DNA of 64,000 nucleotides from an uncultured Bacillota bacterium (GCA_905212975.1 CAJMGO010000002.1:27873-91872), one strand, 5' to 3'. Positions 17,909-27,980 are shown, numbered from the stretch's first letter. Numbers and translations: made by a program. The notes: generated by a model from the letters alone, not told the origin.

Positions 17909-20533
17909 ATGATACAAATATTTGATATAAAAAAAAGAAAGAAAAATCTAAAAGAAAATGATGTTGGAATACTTAGAAGTTATTTAGATGAATCTAAAAT
18001 AACTAATGACGAGGATTTAAAAAAATATAATACTTCTTTAAATGGATTAAAAGAAGAAGATGCTTTATCTAGACTTAATGATAATGGTAAAAATATAGTA
18101 ATAAAAGAAAATAATAAGACTCCATTATACTTTTTATTGATGGCATTTAAAGATGAATTTATTATTATTTTATTAGTTTTAGCTATGATAAATTTTTTAT
18201 TGGGTGATAAGTTAGGATCAATTATAATTGTTATTATAGCTTTTATAAGTGCTTTAATAAGATTTTTTCAAGATTACTCAGTATATAAATTTAATAAGAA
18301 ATTAAAAAATAGTATATATTCAGTAGTAAATGTAATTAGAAATGGTAAAGAAAAAGAAATAAGAATTGAAAATGTAGTAGTAGGAGATATAGTAAAACTA
18401 AATGCTGGAACAATTATTCCTGCTGATTTAAAAATAATTGAAAGTAAAGATTTATTTGTTAATCAATCTGTTTTTACTGGAGAAAGTACATATGTTGAAA
18501 AGAAAAACATTAATAAAACAGAAGCCAAAGAAATATTTGATATAGAAAATATTTGTTTAATGGGTACATCAGTAATAAGTGGTAGTGGAACAGGCATTGT
18601 TATATCAACAGGTTTTTCTACCTATTTAGGGCATGTTGGTAGTGAAGTCAAAAATCAAAAAGATTTAACAAATTTTGATAAAGGTATAAAAAGTATATCT
18701 AAGCTTCTAATAAGATACATGATTATAGTATGCATAATAGTAATAATAATAGATGGAATTATAAAGAAAAATATCAGTGAGGCATTATTATTTGCTTTAT
18801 CTGTTGCAGTTGGAATAACACCAAGTATGCTTCCTATGATATTAAATGTTAATTTGACAAGAGGAAGTAAGAATTTAGCTCGAAAAAAAGTGCTTGTCAA
18901 AAAAATAGATTCGATACAAAATTTAGGCGCTATAGATATTTTATGTACTGATAAAACAGGTACATTAACAGAAAATAAAATAACTTTACAAAAATATATT
19001 GATGCAAGTGGTAAAGAAAATGATGATATTTTAGAATATGCATATTTAAATAGTTACTACAGTACTGGAATTAAAAATTTAGTGGATAAAGCTATAATAA
19101 TATATGGAAATAATCATTTATTAAAAGAAGATGTTAATAAGTATGAAAAAATAGATGAAATACCATTTGATTATACAAGAAAAAAGCAAAGTATAGTGGT
19201 AAAAAATAATTCAATATACAGAATGATAACTAAGGGAGCGCTTGAAGAAATAATAAAAGATTGTATAAATGTAAAAATAAATAATAAAGTATCCTTAATT
19301 ACAAATGATATGAAATTAAAAATAAAAAATAAAGCAATTGAACTTGCAAATGATGGAATGCAAGTTATAGCACTTGCTGAGAAAAATGAATATCCAGGTA
19401 AGGAAAAATTTAATTCATCTTATGAAAATAATATGACCTTTATTGGATTTGTAGGATTCTTAGATCCTGCAAAAAAAGACGTAAGAACAACTTTGTCAAG
19501 CTTGTACAAGATTGGTGTAAAAACAAAAATTTTAACAGGAGATAATCCATATGCAACAAAGAATATATGTAATATGGTTGGACTAAATAGTAAAGAAATA
19601 TTAATAGGAAGCGATATAGATAATATGTCAGATGAAAAATTATCTAAAAAAATCGAATATATAGATATATTTGCTAGAATGAATCCTTTACAAAAAGAAA
19701 GAATAGTAAAATTATATAGAAAAAATGGGCATGTTGTTGGATACATGGGTGATGGTGTAAATGATGCTCCATCTCTTAGCGAAGCTGATGTTGGAATATC
19801 TGTTTTAACAGCAACATCTATAGCTAAAGAAGCTAGTGATTTGATAATATTAAAACAAAGTTTAAAAGTAGTATATGATGGAGTTATAGAAGGAAGAAAA
19901 GTATATGGAAATATTATTAAATATATGAAAATGGCACTAAGTGCAGATTTTGGTGATGTATTTAGTATCATGATATCAAGTATATTTTTACCTTTTTTAC
20001 CACTTTTACCTATACAAATGTTGTTACAAGATTTTATTTATGATTTTTCACAAATAGGTATACCATATGATAATGTAGATGAAGAATTTTTAATTAAGCC
20101 TAAAAAATGGAATACTAAAGGGATATCACGATTTATGCGAATAATGGGAATTACTAGTTCATTAATAGATATAATATCTTTTATTATATTTTGGTTTGTA
20201 TTAAAATATAACAGTGTAGATAAACAAGCATATTTTCAAACAGCATGGTTTGTAACATGTTTGGTAACAGAACTTATGATAATATTTAATGTAAGAACAT
20301 CTAAGAAGCCATTTATAGAATCTAATGCAAGCCCTAAATTAAATATTTTAACAGCTTTTTCATTAGTTTTAACAATAATAACGCCATTGATTTTAAATAA
20401 AATAAAAACATTTCATTTTGTTGCTTTACCACCAATATTTTATTTATATTTAGTTTTATTAATAATTTTATATTTTTTAGTTGTATCTATTATAAAAAAA
20501 ATATATATAAAAAAATATGGAGAATGGTTATAA
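17909..20533 (+). CDS. mgtA: Magnesium-translocating P-type ATPase
   Basis: Motifs DKTGTLT, TGDN and MGDGVNDAPSL, ten transmembrane helices, 874 aa. The length and N-terminal layout are typical of MgtA/MgtB. Confidence 0.8.
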   Translation: MIQIFDIKKRKKNLKENDVGILRSYLDESKITNDEDLKKYNTSLNGLKEEDALSRLNDNGKNIVIKENNKTPLYFLLMAFKDEFIIILLVLAMINFLLGDKLGSIIIVIIAFISALIRFFQDYSVYKFNKKLKNSIYSVVNVIRNGKEKEIRIENVVVGDIVKLNAGTIIPADLKIIESKDLFVNQSVFTGESTYVEKKNINKTEAKEIFDIENICLMGTSVISGSGTGIVISTGFSTYLGHVGSEVKNQKDLTNFDKGIKSISKLLIRYMIIVCIIVIIIDGIIKKNISEALLFALSVAVGITPSMLPMILNVNLTRGSKNLARKKVLVKKIDSIQNLGAIDILCTDKTGTLTENKITLQKYIDASGKENDDILEYAYLNSYYSTGIKNLVDKAIIIYGNNHLLKEDVNKYEKIDEIPFDYTRKKQSIVVKNNSIYRMITKGALEEIIKDCINVKINNKVSLITNDMKLKIKNKAIELANDGMQVIALAEKNEYPGKEKFNSSYENNMTFIGFVGFLDPAKKDVRTTLSSLYKIGVKTKILTGDNPYATKNICNMVGLNSKEILIGSDIDNMSDEKLSKKIEYIDIFARMNPLQKERIVKLYRKNGHVVGYMGDGVNDAPSLSEADVGISVLTATSIAKEASDLIILKQSLKVVYDGVIEGRKVYGNIIKYMKMALSADFGDVFSIMISSIFLPFLPLLPIQMLLQDFIYDFSQIGIPYDNVDEEFLIKPKKWNTKGISRFMRIMGITSSLIDIISFIIFWFVLKYNSVDKQAYFQTAWFVTCLVTELMIIFNVRTSKKPFIESNASPKLNILTAFSLVLTIITPLILNKIKTFHFVALPPIFYLYLVLLIILYFLVVSIIKKIYIKKYGEWL

Positions 20534-20632
20534 TAAAAGCTATACTAAAAATAGCTTTTTTTCTTTAAAAATAGCTTGAAATATAATAAAACATGTGCTA
20601 GAATAACCAAATGTAAAAAAAGGGGGAAAAAT

Positions 20633-21073
20633 ATGTTTGGTGAAGATATAATTTTAGGTACGGGTACTCTTAAAATCGATGATAAAAGAAGAATAACAAT
20701 TCCTAAAAAAACAGGAGTTGAAAAGAATGATATACTTATATGTCGTTATATTTCTGGTAATGATTATCTTACAATTCTAGCCTATAAAAAAATTATAGAA
20801 TATAAAAATAAACTAGAAACTATATTAAGAAATTCAGAATATAATAGTGATATATATAATAAAGCTATTAATGAATTACGTACTATTGCAGTAGAATTTG
20901 ATGGTAAGAAAGAAACGGATAAAAATGGAAGATTCATTTTACCACAATCAATATGTGAAGAGTTAGATTTTGAACCATCATCTTCAATACTTGCGTATGA
21001 GGGTTCATATGAAAACTTATATAGTGATTTTTATCCATGTATAAAAGTATATGAAAAAAATAAAAGGATTTAG
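20633..21073 (+). CDS. MraZ-like transcriptional regulator (two tandem MraZ/AbrB-type swapped-hairpin repeats)
   Basis: Two repeats carrying D-x3-R/G-R motifs (IDDKRRITIPKK and DKNGRFILPQSI). Start chosen at MFGED with a GGGGGA Shine-Dalgarno sequence. The gene is not next to rsmH or any cell-division (dcw) cluster genes. Confidence 0.55.
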   Translation: MFGEDIILGTGTLKIDDKRRITIPKKTGVEKNDILICRYISGNDYLTILAYKKIIEYKNKLETILRNSEYNSDIYNKAINELRTIAVEFDGKKETDKNGRFILPQSICEELDFEPSSSILAYEGSYENLYSDFYPCIKVYEKNKRI

Positions 21074-21673
21074 GTGATAAATATGAAAATAGATACAACT
21101 TGGTTATTAAGCTTAATGCTAATAAAAAAGAAGAATTCTTATGATGAATTATTTGTAACAACAAATGAATATGAATTTATTAAAGATATCTTAAATAAAA
21201 ACTATAAAGTAGAATTAGAAAATGATATAAATACATATTTTATAAAATTAGAAAATGATAAATATATTATAAATAAAGAAAATCTAAATGGAGTATGGGA
21301 ATTAGAAAATTTGTATAATTACATAATACGTAATAGTAAAACTACTTTTGAATTAGACTTAATTGAATTAAAAAAAATCATAAATAAAGAATTTAAAAAA
21401 AATAGAATAAAGGGAAGAATTAAAACTACATCTATAGAAATTACACCATTAGAAGACATACTAAAAAAAATTGTTAATGAAAAAGAATTTTATAAAAAAA
21501 TATCTTCTTATTTAAAAAATAGTGAAAAAGAAGATATAAAAAGTCATATAAAAAAATCATGTGATAACTGTGAAAATAAAAATTGCAATTATAAAGATAA
21601 TAATGATGATTCATGTAAATTGTGGAATAATGATATAGAAATAGGAAAAATAAAAGTATTGGGTAAATATTAA
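21074..21673 (+). CDS. Hypothetical protein with a C-terminal Cys cluster (CDNCENKNCNY...SCKLW)
   Basis: Starts 1 nt after the MraZ-like stop codon, suggesting translational coupling. Confidence 0.45.
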   Translation: MINMKIDTTWLLSLMLIKKKNSYDELFVTTNEYEFIKDILNKNYKVELENDINTYFIKLENDKYIINKENLNGVWELENLYNYIIRNSKTTFELDLIELKKIINKEFKKNRIKGRIKTTSIEITPLEDILKKIVNEKEFYKKISSYLKNSEKEDIKSHIKKSCDNCENKNCNYKDNNDDSCKLWNNDIEIGKIKVLGKY

Positions 21674-21732
21674 TTTATTTAATACTTTTTTTGTGCTATT
21701 ATATATATAGTTATGGTAGAAGGAGCTAATTT

Positions 21733-22569
21733 ATGAAAAAGAATAAATTATGGATTTTTCTAATATTAATAATACCTGTTTTATTAATTATAGGAAACAC
21801 ACAAAGAGTAAAAGCTGATTCAGGCTTTGATACAAGCTATGATTCAGGAGGAAGTAGCTGGTCAAGTAGTTCAAGTGATTGGTCAAGTAGTGATTATTCA
21901 TCAAGTACTAGTAGCAGTGGTGGTGGAGGAATTATAAGTGTGATAATATTTTTTATTCCATTTATAGTAATTATGATTGTAATACTATCAAAAGCTAAAT
22001 CATTAAATGGTATTCCAGGTATAACACCACAATCATTACCAGAAGATTATATAAAGAAATTTATTCCAGATTTCGATTATAATAAGTTTGTATCAGATAG
22101 ATTTAATGATTATGTAGAAATACAAAATGCATGGATGAATTTTGACTATGATACATTAAGAAATAAATTAACAGATGAACTTTACAATCAATATGCTATG
22201 CAATTGGATACAATGAAAATAAAAAATGAACAAAATATAATGAGAGATTTTAGTCATAGAATGACATATATAACAGATATAAAAGAAGAAAATGGTAATA
22301 TAGAGGTAACTATAAATTCAGTTATATCTTTCTATGATTATATAGTACAGAATGCCCGTATCGTAAGAGGAAACAAAAACAAAAGAATTAATTCACTTTA
22401 TGAAATGAAATTTATATGTAATAAATCAAATGTAATAAGTAAATGTCCAAATTGTCATGCACCACTTAATAATAATGCATCACAGGTTTGTGAATATTGT
22501 GGATCTGTAATAACTAAAACTGGTGAAAATTGGGTAATGACGAAAAAACAAACAAAAAGACAATGGTAA
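21733..22569 (+). CDS. Membrane protein: signal peptide, Ser-rich ectodomain, transmembrane helix, cytoplasmic Tim44-like (NTF2-fold) domain, C-terminal zinc ribbon (paralogue 1)
   Basis: MKKNKLWIFLILIIPVLLIIGNTQRVKA signal peptide, an S-rich tract, then the FDYDTLRNKLTDELYNQYAMQLDTMKIKNEQNIM core and KCPNCHAPLNNNASQVCEYCGS. Confidence 0.6.
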   Translation: MKKNKLWIFLILIIPVLLIIGNTQRVKADSGFDTSYDSGGSSWSSSSSDWSSSDYSSSTSSSGGGGIISVIIFFIPFIVIMIVILSKAKSLNGIPGITPQSLPEDYIKKFIPDFDYNKFVSDRFNDYVEIQNAWMNFDYDTLRNKLTDELYNQYAMQLDTMKIKNEQNIMRDFSHRMTYITDIKEENGNIEVTINSVISFYDYIVQNARIVRGNKNKRINSLYEMKFICNKSNVISKCPNCHAPLNNNASQVCEYCGSVITKTGENWVMTKKQTKRQW

Positions 22570-22636
22570 AAAGTAATAAAATGTATTACTTTTTTCTATT
22601 TGTGCTATTATATATATATAGTAGAAGGAGTACATT

Positions 22637-23470
22637 ATGAAAAAAAATAAATTATGGATTTTTCTAATATTAATAATACCAGTATTATTAATTATAGGAA
22701 ACACACAAAGAGTAAAAGCTGATTCAGGCTTTGATACAAGCTATGATTCAGGAGGTAGTAGTTGGTCAAGTAGTTCAAGTGATTGGAGTAGCTCATCATC
22801 AAGTAGTAGTCATAGTGGAAGTAGTAAGGGTGGAATATTAGAATCAGTTATTTTTATAATTATTATAGTAATTGTATTATTTAATAGTATTAAAAAAGAT
22901 GGAAAGAAGATGCTTCGACAAATCGCACCAAATATTGTCCCAATAAATAAGATAAAAGAATATATTCCAAATTATGATTATAATAAATTCGCAACAGATA
23001 GATTTAATGATTATGTAGAAATACAAAATGCATGGATGAATTTTGATTATGATACATTAAGAAATAAATTAACAGATGAACTTTACAATCAATATGCTAT
23101 GCAATTAGATACAATGAAAATAAAAAATGAACAAAATATAATGAATAATTACAAATTATTAAGAACATATGTAACCGGAATAAAAGAAGAAAATGGAAAT
23201 ATCGAAATAACAATTCAAATGGTAATTTCATTAAATGATTATATTGTAAAAAATGGAAAAGTAATAAGAGGTAGTAAAAATAGATTAGTAACAAATTACT
23301 ATGAAATGAAATTTGTATGCAGTAAAGAATCTTCTTCAAAAACTTGTCCAAATTGTCATGCACCACTTAATAATAATGCATCACAAAAATGTGAATTCTG
23401 TGGATCAATAATAACTAAAAATGGTGAAAATTGGGTAATGACAAAAAAGCAAACAAAAAGTCAATGGTAA
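22637..23470 (+). CDS. Tim44-like/zinc-ribbon membrane protein (paralogue 2)
   Basis: Same architecture as 21733..22569. The promoter region and first ~170 nt are near-identical at the DNA level. Confidence 0.6.
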   Translation: MKKNKLWIFLILIIPVLLIIGNTQRVKADSGFDTSYDSGGSSWSSSSSDWSSSSSSSSHSGSSKGGILESVIFIIIIVIVLFNSIKKDGKKMLRQIAPNIVPINKIKEYIPNYDYNKFATDRFNDYVEIQNAWMNFDYDTLRNKLTDELYNQYAMQLDTMKIKNEQNIMNNYKLLRTYVTGIKEENGNIEITIQMVISLNDYIVKNGKVIRGSKNRLVTNYYEMKFVCSKESSSKTCPNCHAPLNNNASQKCEFCGSIITKNGENWVMTKKQTKSQW

Positions 23471-23539
23471 AAAAGTAATAAAGTATATTACTTTTTTACT
23501 TATATGTGATATTATTAATATAGAAAGAAGGTAAGAATT

Positions 23540-24076
23540 ATGACTATACAAGACTTAGTAAATATAGATTCAACTTTTTCAGAAAGCAGTTTTATAGCAA
23601 AAGTAGATAATACATTTATAATGTTATTATCAAGTATTATGATGTATGATATGGATAGAGTAAAACATAAAATAAGCAATGAATTATATTCAAAATATAC
23701 AACACTAACACAACAATTAAAACAAAATAATGAAAGACAAATGTATGATGAATTAAATGTAAAATCAACAGATATATTAAAAATATACGAAACAGATACA
23801 CAATATAAAATAGATGTTTTACTAATATCTAGATATATGGACTATAAAATAGATTCATCAACAGGTAATTTTAAATCAGGAATAAATACACACAGAGTAG
23901 AAAAAAATAATTATTTAACATTCTCTAAAAATAAAAATACTAAAGAATTGGGTATTACAAAAAAATGTCCAGGTTGTGGGGCTAATATAGATTCAAATAA
24001 TACAGGGATATGTTCATATTGTGGTACAAGTTATAATCTAGAAGATTATGATTGGATATTAACAGACATAAAATGA
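23540..24076 (+). CDS. Soluble Tim44-like domain protein with a C-terminal zinc ribbon (paralogue 3)
   Basis: No signal peptide or transmembrane helix. NTF2/Tim44-like core and CPGCGANIDSNNTGICSYCGT. Confidence 0.55.
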   Translation: MTIQDLVNIDSTFSESSFIAKVDNTFIMLLSSIMMYDMDRVKHKISNELYSKYTTLTQQLKQNNERQMYDELNVKSTDILKIYETDTQYKIDVLLISRYMDYKIDSSTGNFKSGINTHRVEKNNYLTFSKNKNTKELGITKKCPGCGANIDSNNTGICSYCGTSYNLEDYDWILTDIK

Positions 24077-24456
24077 AAGTACTTACAATAAAACAACCTT
24101 GGGCTACATTGATAATAGATGGTTATAAAAAATATGAATTTAGAAGCTGGAAAACAAATTATAGAGGTAAAATATTAATACATGCTGGTAAATCATTAGA
24201 AAAAGAACATAATAGTAAATTTGAAATATATAATTTACACCATGAATATGGAGCAATTATAGGAGAAGCAGATTTAATAGACTGTATAAAAGTAGATAAT
24301 GAATTCCAAGAAAAATTAGAACAAGAAAATAAATTAGTATATGGAAATCATGGCCATGTCGCTAACTATGCATGGAAACTAGAAAATATAAAAAAATATG
24401 ATAAACCTATTTATATAAATGGTAAATTAGGTTTATGGAATTACGAAGGAAAATAA
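24073..24456 (+). CDS. ASCH domain protein
   Basis: MKVLTIKQPWATLIIDGYKKYEFRSW is an ASCH/PUA-like beta-barrel signature. The ATG overlaps the upstream TGA stop as ATGA. Confidence 0.65.
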   Translation: MKVLTIKQPWATLIIDGYKKYEFRSWKTNYRGKILIHAGKSLEKEHNSKFEIYNLHHEYGAIIGEADLIDCIKVDNEFQEKLEQENKLVYGNHGHVANYAWKLENIKKYDKPIYINGKLGLWNYEGK

Positions 24457-24457
24457 A

Positions 24458-25213
24458 ATGTTATTAATAAATTATATAATTGTAACTATTCTTACTCTTG
24501 TTGTATTACCTAGACTATTTTATAAAATATATCCTACATTAAGAGGACAATGTACAGAAAAGCATATTTCAAAAGAATTAAAAAAATTACCTGATGAATA
24601 CAAGGTATTAAATGATATAATGGTCGAGGTAGATGGTAAAACATGCCAAATTGATCATATAGTAATATCTAAATATGGTATTTATGTTATAGAAACAAAA
24701 GGATACTATGGATTAATAACTGGAAACCAATATAAAGATAATTGGACACAAATTGTAAAAAAGAAAAAGATAAATTATATAAGTAACCCGATAAGACAAA
24801 ATTATTTTCATATAAAAACATTAGAAAAATTACTTAATATAGAATATCAAAAGTTTATATCAATAATATGTTTTTTAAAAACTGCAGAATTAAGAATTAG
24901 TACAAACGATGCAAATATAGTATTTGATTCAGATTTAATAAATTTTATTCTTAACAATAAAGAAATTATCCTAGAAGGTAATGTAGAAAATATATACGAA
25001 AAAATAATTAAACTAAATATAAATGATAAAAAAAAGAGAAGACAACATAACAGTATAATAAATGAAAAAAAAGAACAAACAAATGAATTAATAAAAAATA
25101 ATATATGTCCAAAATGTGGAGGAAATATAATTGATAAAAAAGGTAGATATGGTTATTTTAAAGGGTGTAGTAATTACCCTAAATGTAAATTTATAGTAAG
25201 AAAACAAAAATAG
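24458..25213 (+). CDS. NERD (nuclease-related domain) protein with a C-terminal topoisomerase-type zinc ribbon
   Basis: N-terminal transmembrane helix, a NERD core (DHIVISKYGIYVIETK) and CPKCGG...GCSNYPKCKF. Confidence 0.65.
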   Translation: MLLINYIIVTILTLVVLPRLFYKIYPTLRGQCTEKHISKELKKLPDEYKVLNDIMVEVDGKTCQIDHIVISKYGIYVIETKGYYGLITGNQYKDNWTQIVKKKKINYISNPIRQNYFHIKTLEKLLNIEYQKFISIICFLKTAELRISTNDANIVFDSDLINFILNNKEIILEGNVENIYEKIIKLNINDKKKRRQHNSIINEKKEQTNELIKNNICPKCGGNIIDKKGRYGYFKGCSNYPKCKFIVRKQK

Positions 25214-25239
25214 ATTATTTATCTATTTTTTTTATACAA

Positions 25240-25282
25240 AATTATAAAAAATGTCGAAAAAAATCTATATATGTGTTATAAT
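25240..25282 (+). promoter_or_regulatory. Putative promoter P1 of the polysaccharide locus (extended -10 TGtTATAAT)
   Basis: TG at 25274-75 and TATAAT at 25277-82. The -35 is weak. Confidence 0.35.
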
Positions 25283-25325
25283 CAAATTACAAAGAAAAAC
25301 TAATAAAATAAGGGAATGGTAAATT

Positions 25326-26009
25326 ATGGATAATACACAAACAATAGATGTAATTGAAATAAATACAAAATCAAAAGAAAAAGTAAAATCAAAAAAACTA
25401 TACTTTGCTGTAAAAAGATTATTCGATATATTAATATCTTTAATAGGAATGGTATTTATAATACCAATAGCTCTTATTGTAAAAATATCTTATATTATTA
25501 CTGGAGATTTCCATAGTATTTTTTATAGACAAAAAAGAATAGGAAAAAATGGTAAAAAAATATATATATTTAAATTTAGAACAATGGTATATAATGCAGA
25601 TGAGGAATTAAAAAAATTATTAAAGATAAAAAAATATAAAGAACAATGGAAACAAAATCAAAAATTGGATAATGATCCTAGAATAACAAAAGCTGGTAAA
25701 GTATTAAGAAAATTATCTCTTGATGAAATACCACAATTTATAAATGTATTTATAGGAGATATGAGTTTAATAGGACCAAGACCACTTGTGGATGGTGAAA
25801 TTGAAGAACATGATGGAAACCATGAAATATATGAAAGTGTTAAACCTGGTATAACAGGATGGTGGGCAGCCAATGGTAGAAGTGCAACTAATTATGAAAA
25901 AAGATTAGAATTAGAGTACTATTATGCAAAAAATTGCTCTATATCATTGGATATAAAATGTATATTTAGAACAATAAAAGCACTGATTACAAGACATGGT
26001 GCTAAATAA
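25326..26009 (+). CDS. Initiating phosphoglycosyl transferase (bacterial sugar transferase family, WcaJ/CpsE-like short form)
   Basis: One transmembrane helix plus a conserved C-terminal catalytic domain (KFRTM..., DEIPQFINVFIGDMSLIGPRP). Confidence 0.8.
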   Translation: MDNTQTIDVIEINTKSKEKVKSKKLYFAVKRLFDILISLIGMVFIIPIALIVKISYIITGDFHSIFYRQKRIGKNGKKIYIFKFRTMVYNADEELKKLLKIKKYKEQWKQNQKLDNDPRITKAGKVLRKLSLDEIPQFINVFIGDMSLIGPRPLVDGEIEEHDGNHEIYESVKPGITGWWAANGRSATNYEKRLELEYYYAKNCSISLDIKCIFRTIKALITRHGAK

Positions 26010-26033
26010 AAAGCTTATTTTTAGGCTTTTTTT
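26009..26033 (+). terminator. Rho-independent terminator after the phosphoglycosyl transferase gene
   Basis: AAAAGC-ttatttttag-GCTTTT followed by TTT. Confidence 0.5.
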
Positions 26034-26039
26034 GTAGAA

Positions 26040-26072
26040 ATATATCAAAATTAAGGTTATTTATGTTATAAT
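26040..26072 (+). promoter_or_regulatory. Putative promoter P2 (extended -10 TGtTATAAT) for the downstream glycosyltransferase genes
   Basis: TG at 26064-65 and TATAAT at 26067-72. Confidence 0.35.
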
Positions 26073-26104
26073 GAACTTACTAGTAATAGAGGGAGTAAAA
26101 CTTT

Positions 26105-26887
26105 ATGAATAAAAAAATAAAAGTAGTAATCGCAACTCATAAAAAATATGATATGCCTAGCGATAAGATGTATTTACCACTTCAAGTTGGTGCTGAAGGT
26201 AAAAATGATTTAGGTTATGAAAAAGATAATACAAAAGATAATATATCTTTAAAAAATCCTTATTTTTGCGAACTTACAGGATTATATTGGGCATGGAAAA
26301 ATTTAAAAGAAGATTATATAGGACTTGCTCATTATAGAAGACATTTTGCTTCAAAAAAGATAAATAAAAAAGATTTATTTAATAGTGTTTTAACGAAAGA
26401 TGAAGCAAGTAAATTATTAAATAATACAGATATAATTGTTCCTAAAAAAAGGAATTACTATATAGAAAACCTTTATTCTCACTATGAACATACTATGTAT
26501 ATTGAGCCATTAGATATTACAGGACAAATATTACAAGAAAGATATCCTGAGTACATGTTAGAATTTGATAAATTAAAAACAAGAAGAAGTGCTCATATGT
26601 TTAATATGTTTATAATGAAGAAAGATAAATTAGATGAATATTGTACATGGTTATTTGATATTTTATTTGAACTTGAAAAAAGAGTGGATAATTCTAAATA
26701 TGATAGTTTTCATGCAAGATTTTATGGAAGAGTATCAGAATTATTACTTGATGTATGGTTAAATACAAAAGGATATTCTTATAAAGAAGTAAAGGTAATA
26801 AGTATGGAAAAAGTAAATTGGTGGAAGAAAGGAACTAGCTTTTTGAAAGCTAAGTTTTTAGGTAAAAAATATGGGAAAAGCTTCTAA
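26105..26887 (+). CDS. DUF4422-family putative glycosyltransferase
   Basis: N-terminus KVVIATHKKYDMPSDKMYLPLQVG is characteristic of DUF4422 capsule-locus proteins. Confidence 0.6.
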   Translation: MNKKIKVVIATHKKYDMPSDKMYLPLQVGAEGKNDLGYEKDNTKDNISLKNPYFCELTGLYWAWKNLKEDYIGLAHYRRHFASKKINKKDLFNSVLTKDEASKLLNNTDIIVPKKRNYYIENLYSHYEHTMYIEPLDITGQILQERYPEYMLEFDKLKTRRSAHMFNMFIMKKDKLDEYCTWLFDILFELEKRVDNSKYDSFHARFYGRVSELLLDVWLNTKGYSYKEVKVISMEKVNWWKKGTSFLKAKFLGKKYGKSF

Positions 26888-27980
26888 AAAAAATCCAATT
26901 AGAGTATTACAAATCGGTATGCATGATAAAATCGGTGGGGTGGAAACCTACTTAATGAATTATTACAGAAATATTGATAAATCTAAAGTACAATTTGATT
27001 TTGTTTCGATATATGAAAAATTATGCTTTGAAGACGAAATAAAAAAAATGAAGGGTAAAATATATCATATAACTTCTATGAAGAAAAAACCTATTAAATA
27101 TTATTATGGCTTAAAAAAAATCATTGCTGATAACAATTATAAAATAGTACATATAAATATGTTATCAGCAGCAAATATTTTGCCATTATTAATTGCTAAG
27201 AACATGAAAGTAAAAAATATTATTGCGCATTCACATAATACTAATACGCCTTCTGGATTACCAAGAAAATTTTTAGATAAGTTGAATAGAAAAAAAATAA
27301 CTAAAGCAAATCACTATTGGGCTTGCTCCAAAAAAGCGGGTATATGGTTGTTTGGCGAAAAATCAGTCGATAAAATAGAAATAATTAATAATGCAATAGA
27401 TTATGATAAATTTTCATTTGATTTAGATCAGAGAAATTTAGTTAGGCAACAATTAAATATACAAAATAAATTTGTAATTGGAAATGTAGCACGTTTTTCT
27501 TATCAAAAAAATCAATCATTCTTAATAGATGTTTTTCACAAATTGCAAGAAAAAATTAATAATTCAATTTTGTTATTAATAGGTGAAGGTGAATTAGAAC
27601 AAGAATTAAAAAATAAAGTAGATAAATTAGGCTTAAATGATAAAGTGATTTTTTTTGGTACGACAAATGATGTAGGAAAATATTTACAGGCAATGGATAT
27701 ATTTGTATTACCATCTTTATTTGAAGGATTACCTGTTACGGGAATTGAAGCTCAAGCAAGTGGTACTTACTGCATATTTTCAAGTAATATAACAGAAGAA
27801 ACAAAAATCAGCGACAATTGTAAGTTTGTTGATTTAAATGTTAATGATTGGGTTAATGCTATAGAAGAAATTTATATTAATGGTTATAAAAAAGAAAGTA
27901 GCAATATGACAGAAAAATATAATATTAGAATTGCAGCAAAAAAACTAGAAAAAAAATATATTGATATGTATAATGAATAA
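26871..27980 (+). CDS. Glycosyltransferase family 4 (group 1)
   Basis: EGLPVTGIEAQASG EX7E-type motif, GT-B fold, 369 aa. Overlaps the upstream gene by 17 nt. Confidence 0.75.
   Translation: MGKASKKNPIRVLQIGMHDKIGGVETYLMNYYRNIDKSKVQFDFVSIYEKLCFEDEIKKMKGKIYHITSMKKKPIKYYYGLKKIIADNNYKIVHINMLSAANILPLLIAKNMKVKNIIAHSHNTNTPSGLPRKFLDKLNRKKITKANHYWACSKKAGIWLFGEKSVDKIEIINNAIDYDKFSFDLDQRNLVRQQLNIQNKFVIGNVARFSYQKNQSFLIDVFHKLQEKINNSILLLIGEGELEQELKNKVDKLGLNDKVIFFGTTNDVGKYLQAMDIFVLPSLFEGLPVTGIEAQASGTYCIFSSNITEETKISDNCKFVDLNVNDWVNAIEEIYINGYKKESSNMTEKYNIRIAAKKLEKKYIDMYNE

Noticed and set aside
18655-19971. Antisense ORFs 18655..18900 and 19420..19971 inside mgtA
   Set aside because: Within a complete P-type ATPase gene; low-complexity products.
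22480-22704. Minus-strand 74-aa ORF spanning the junction of the two paralogues
   Set aside because: It covers the terminator and promoter region between well-supported plus-strand genes and has no ribosome-binding site.
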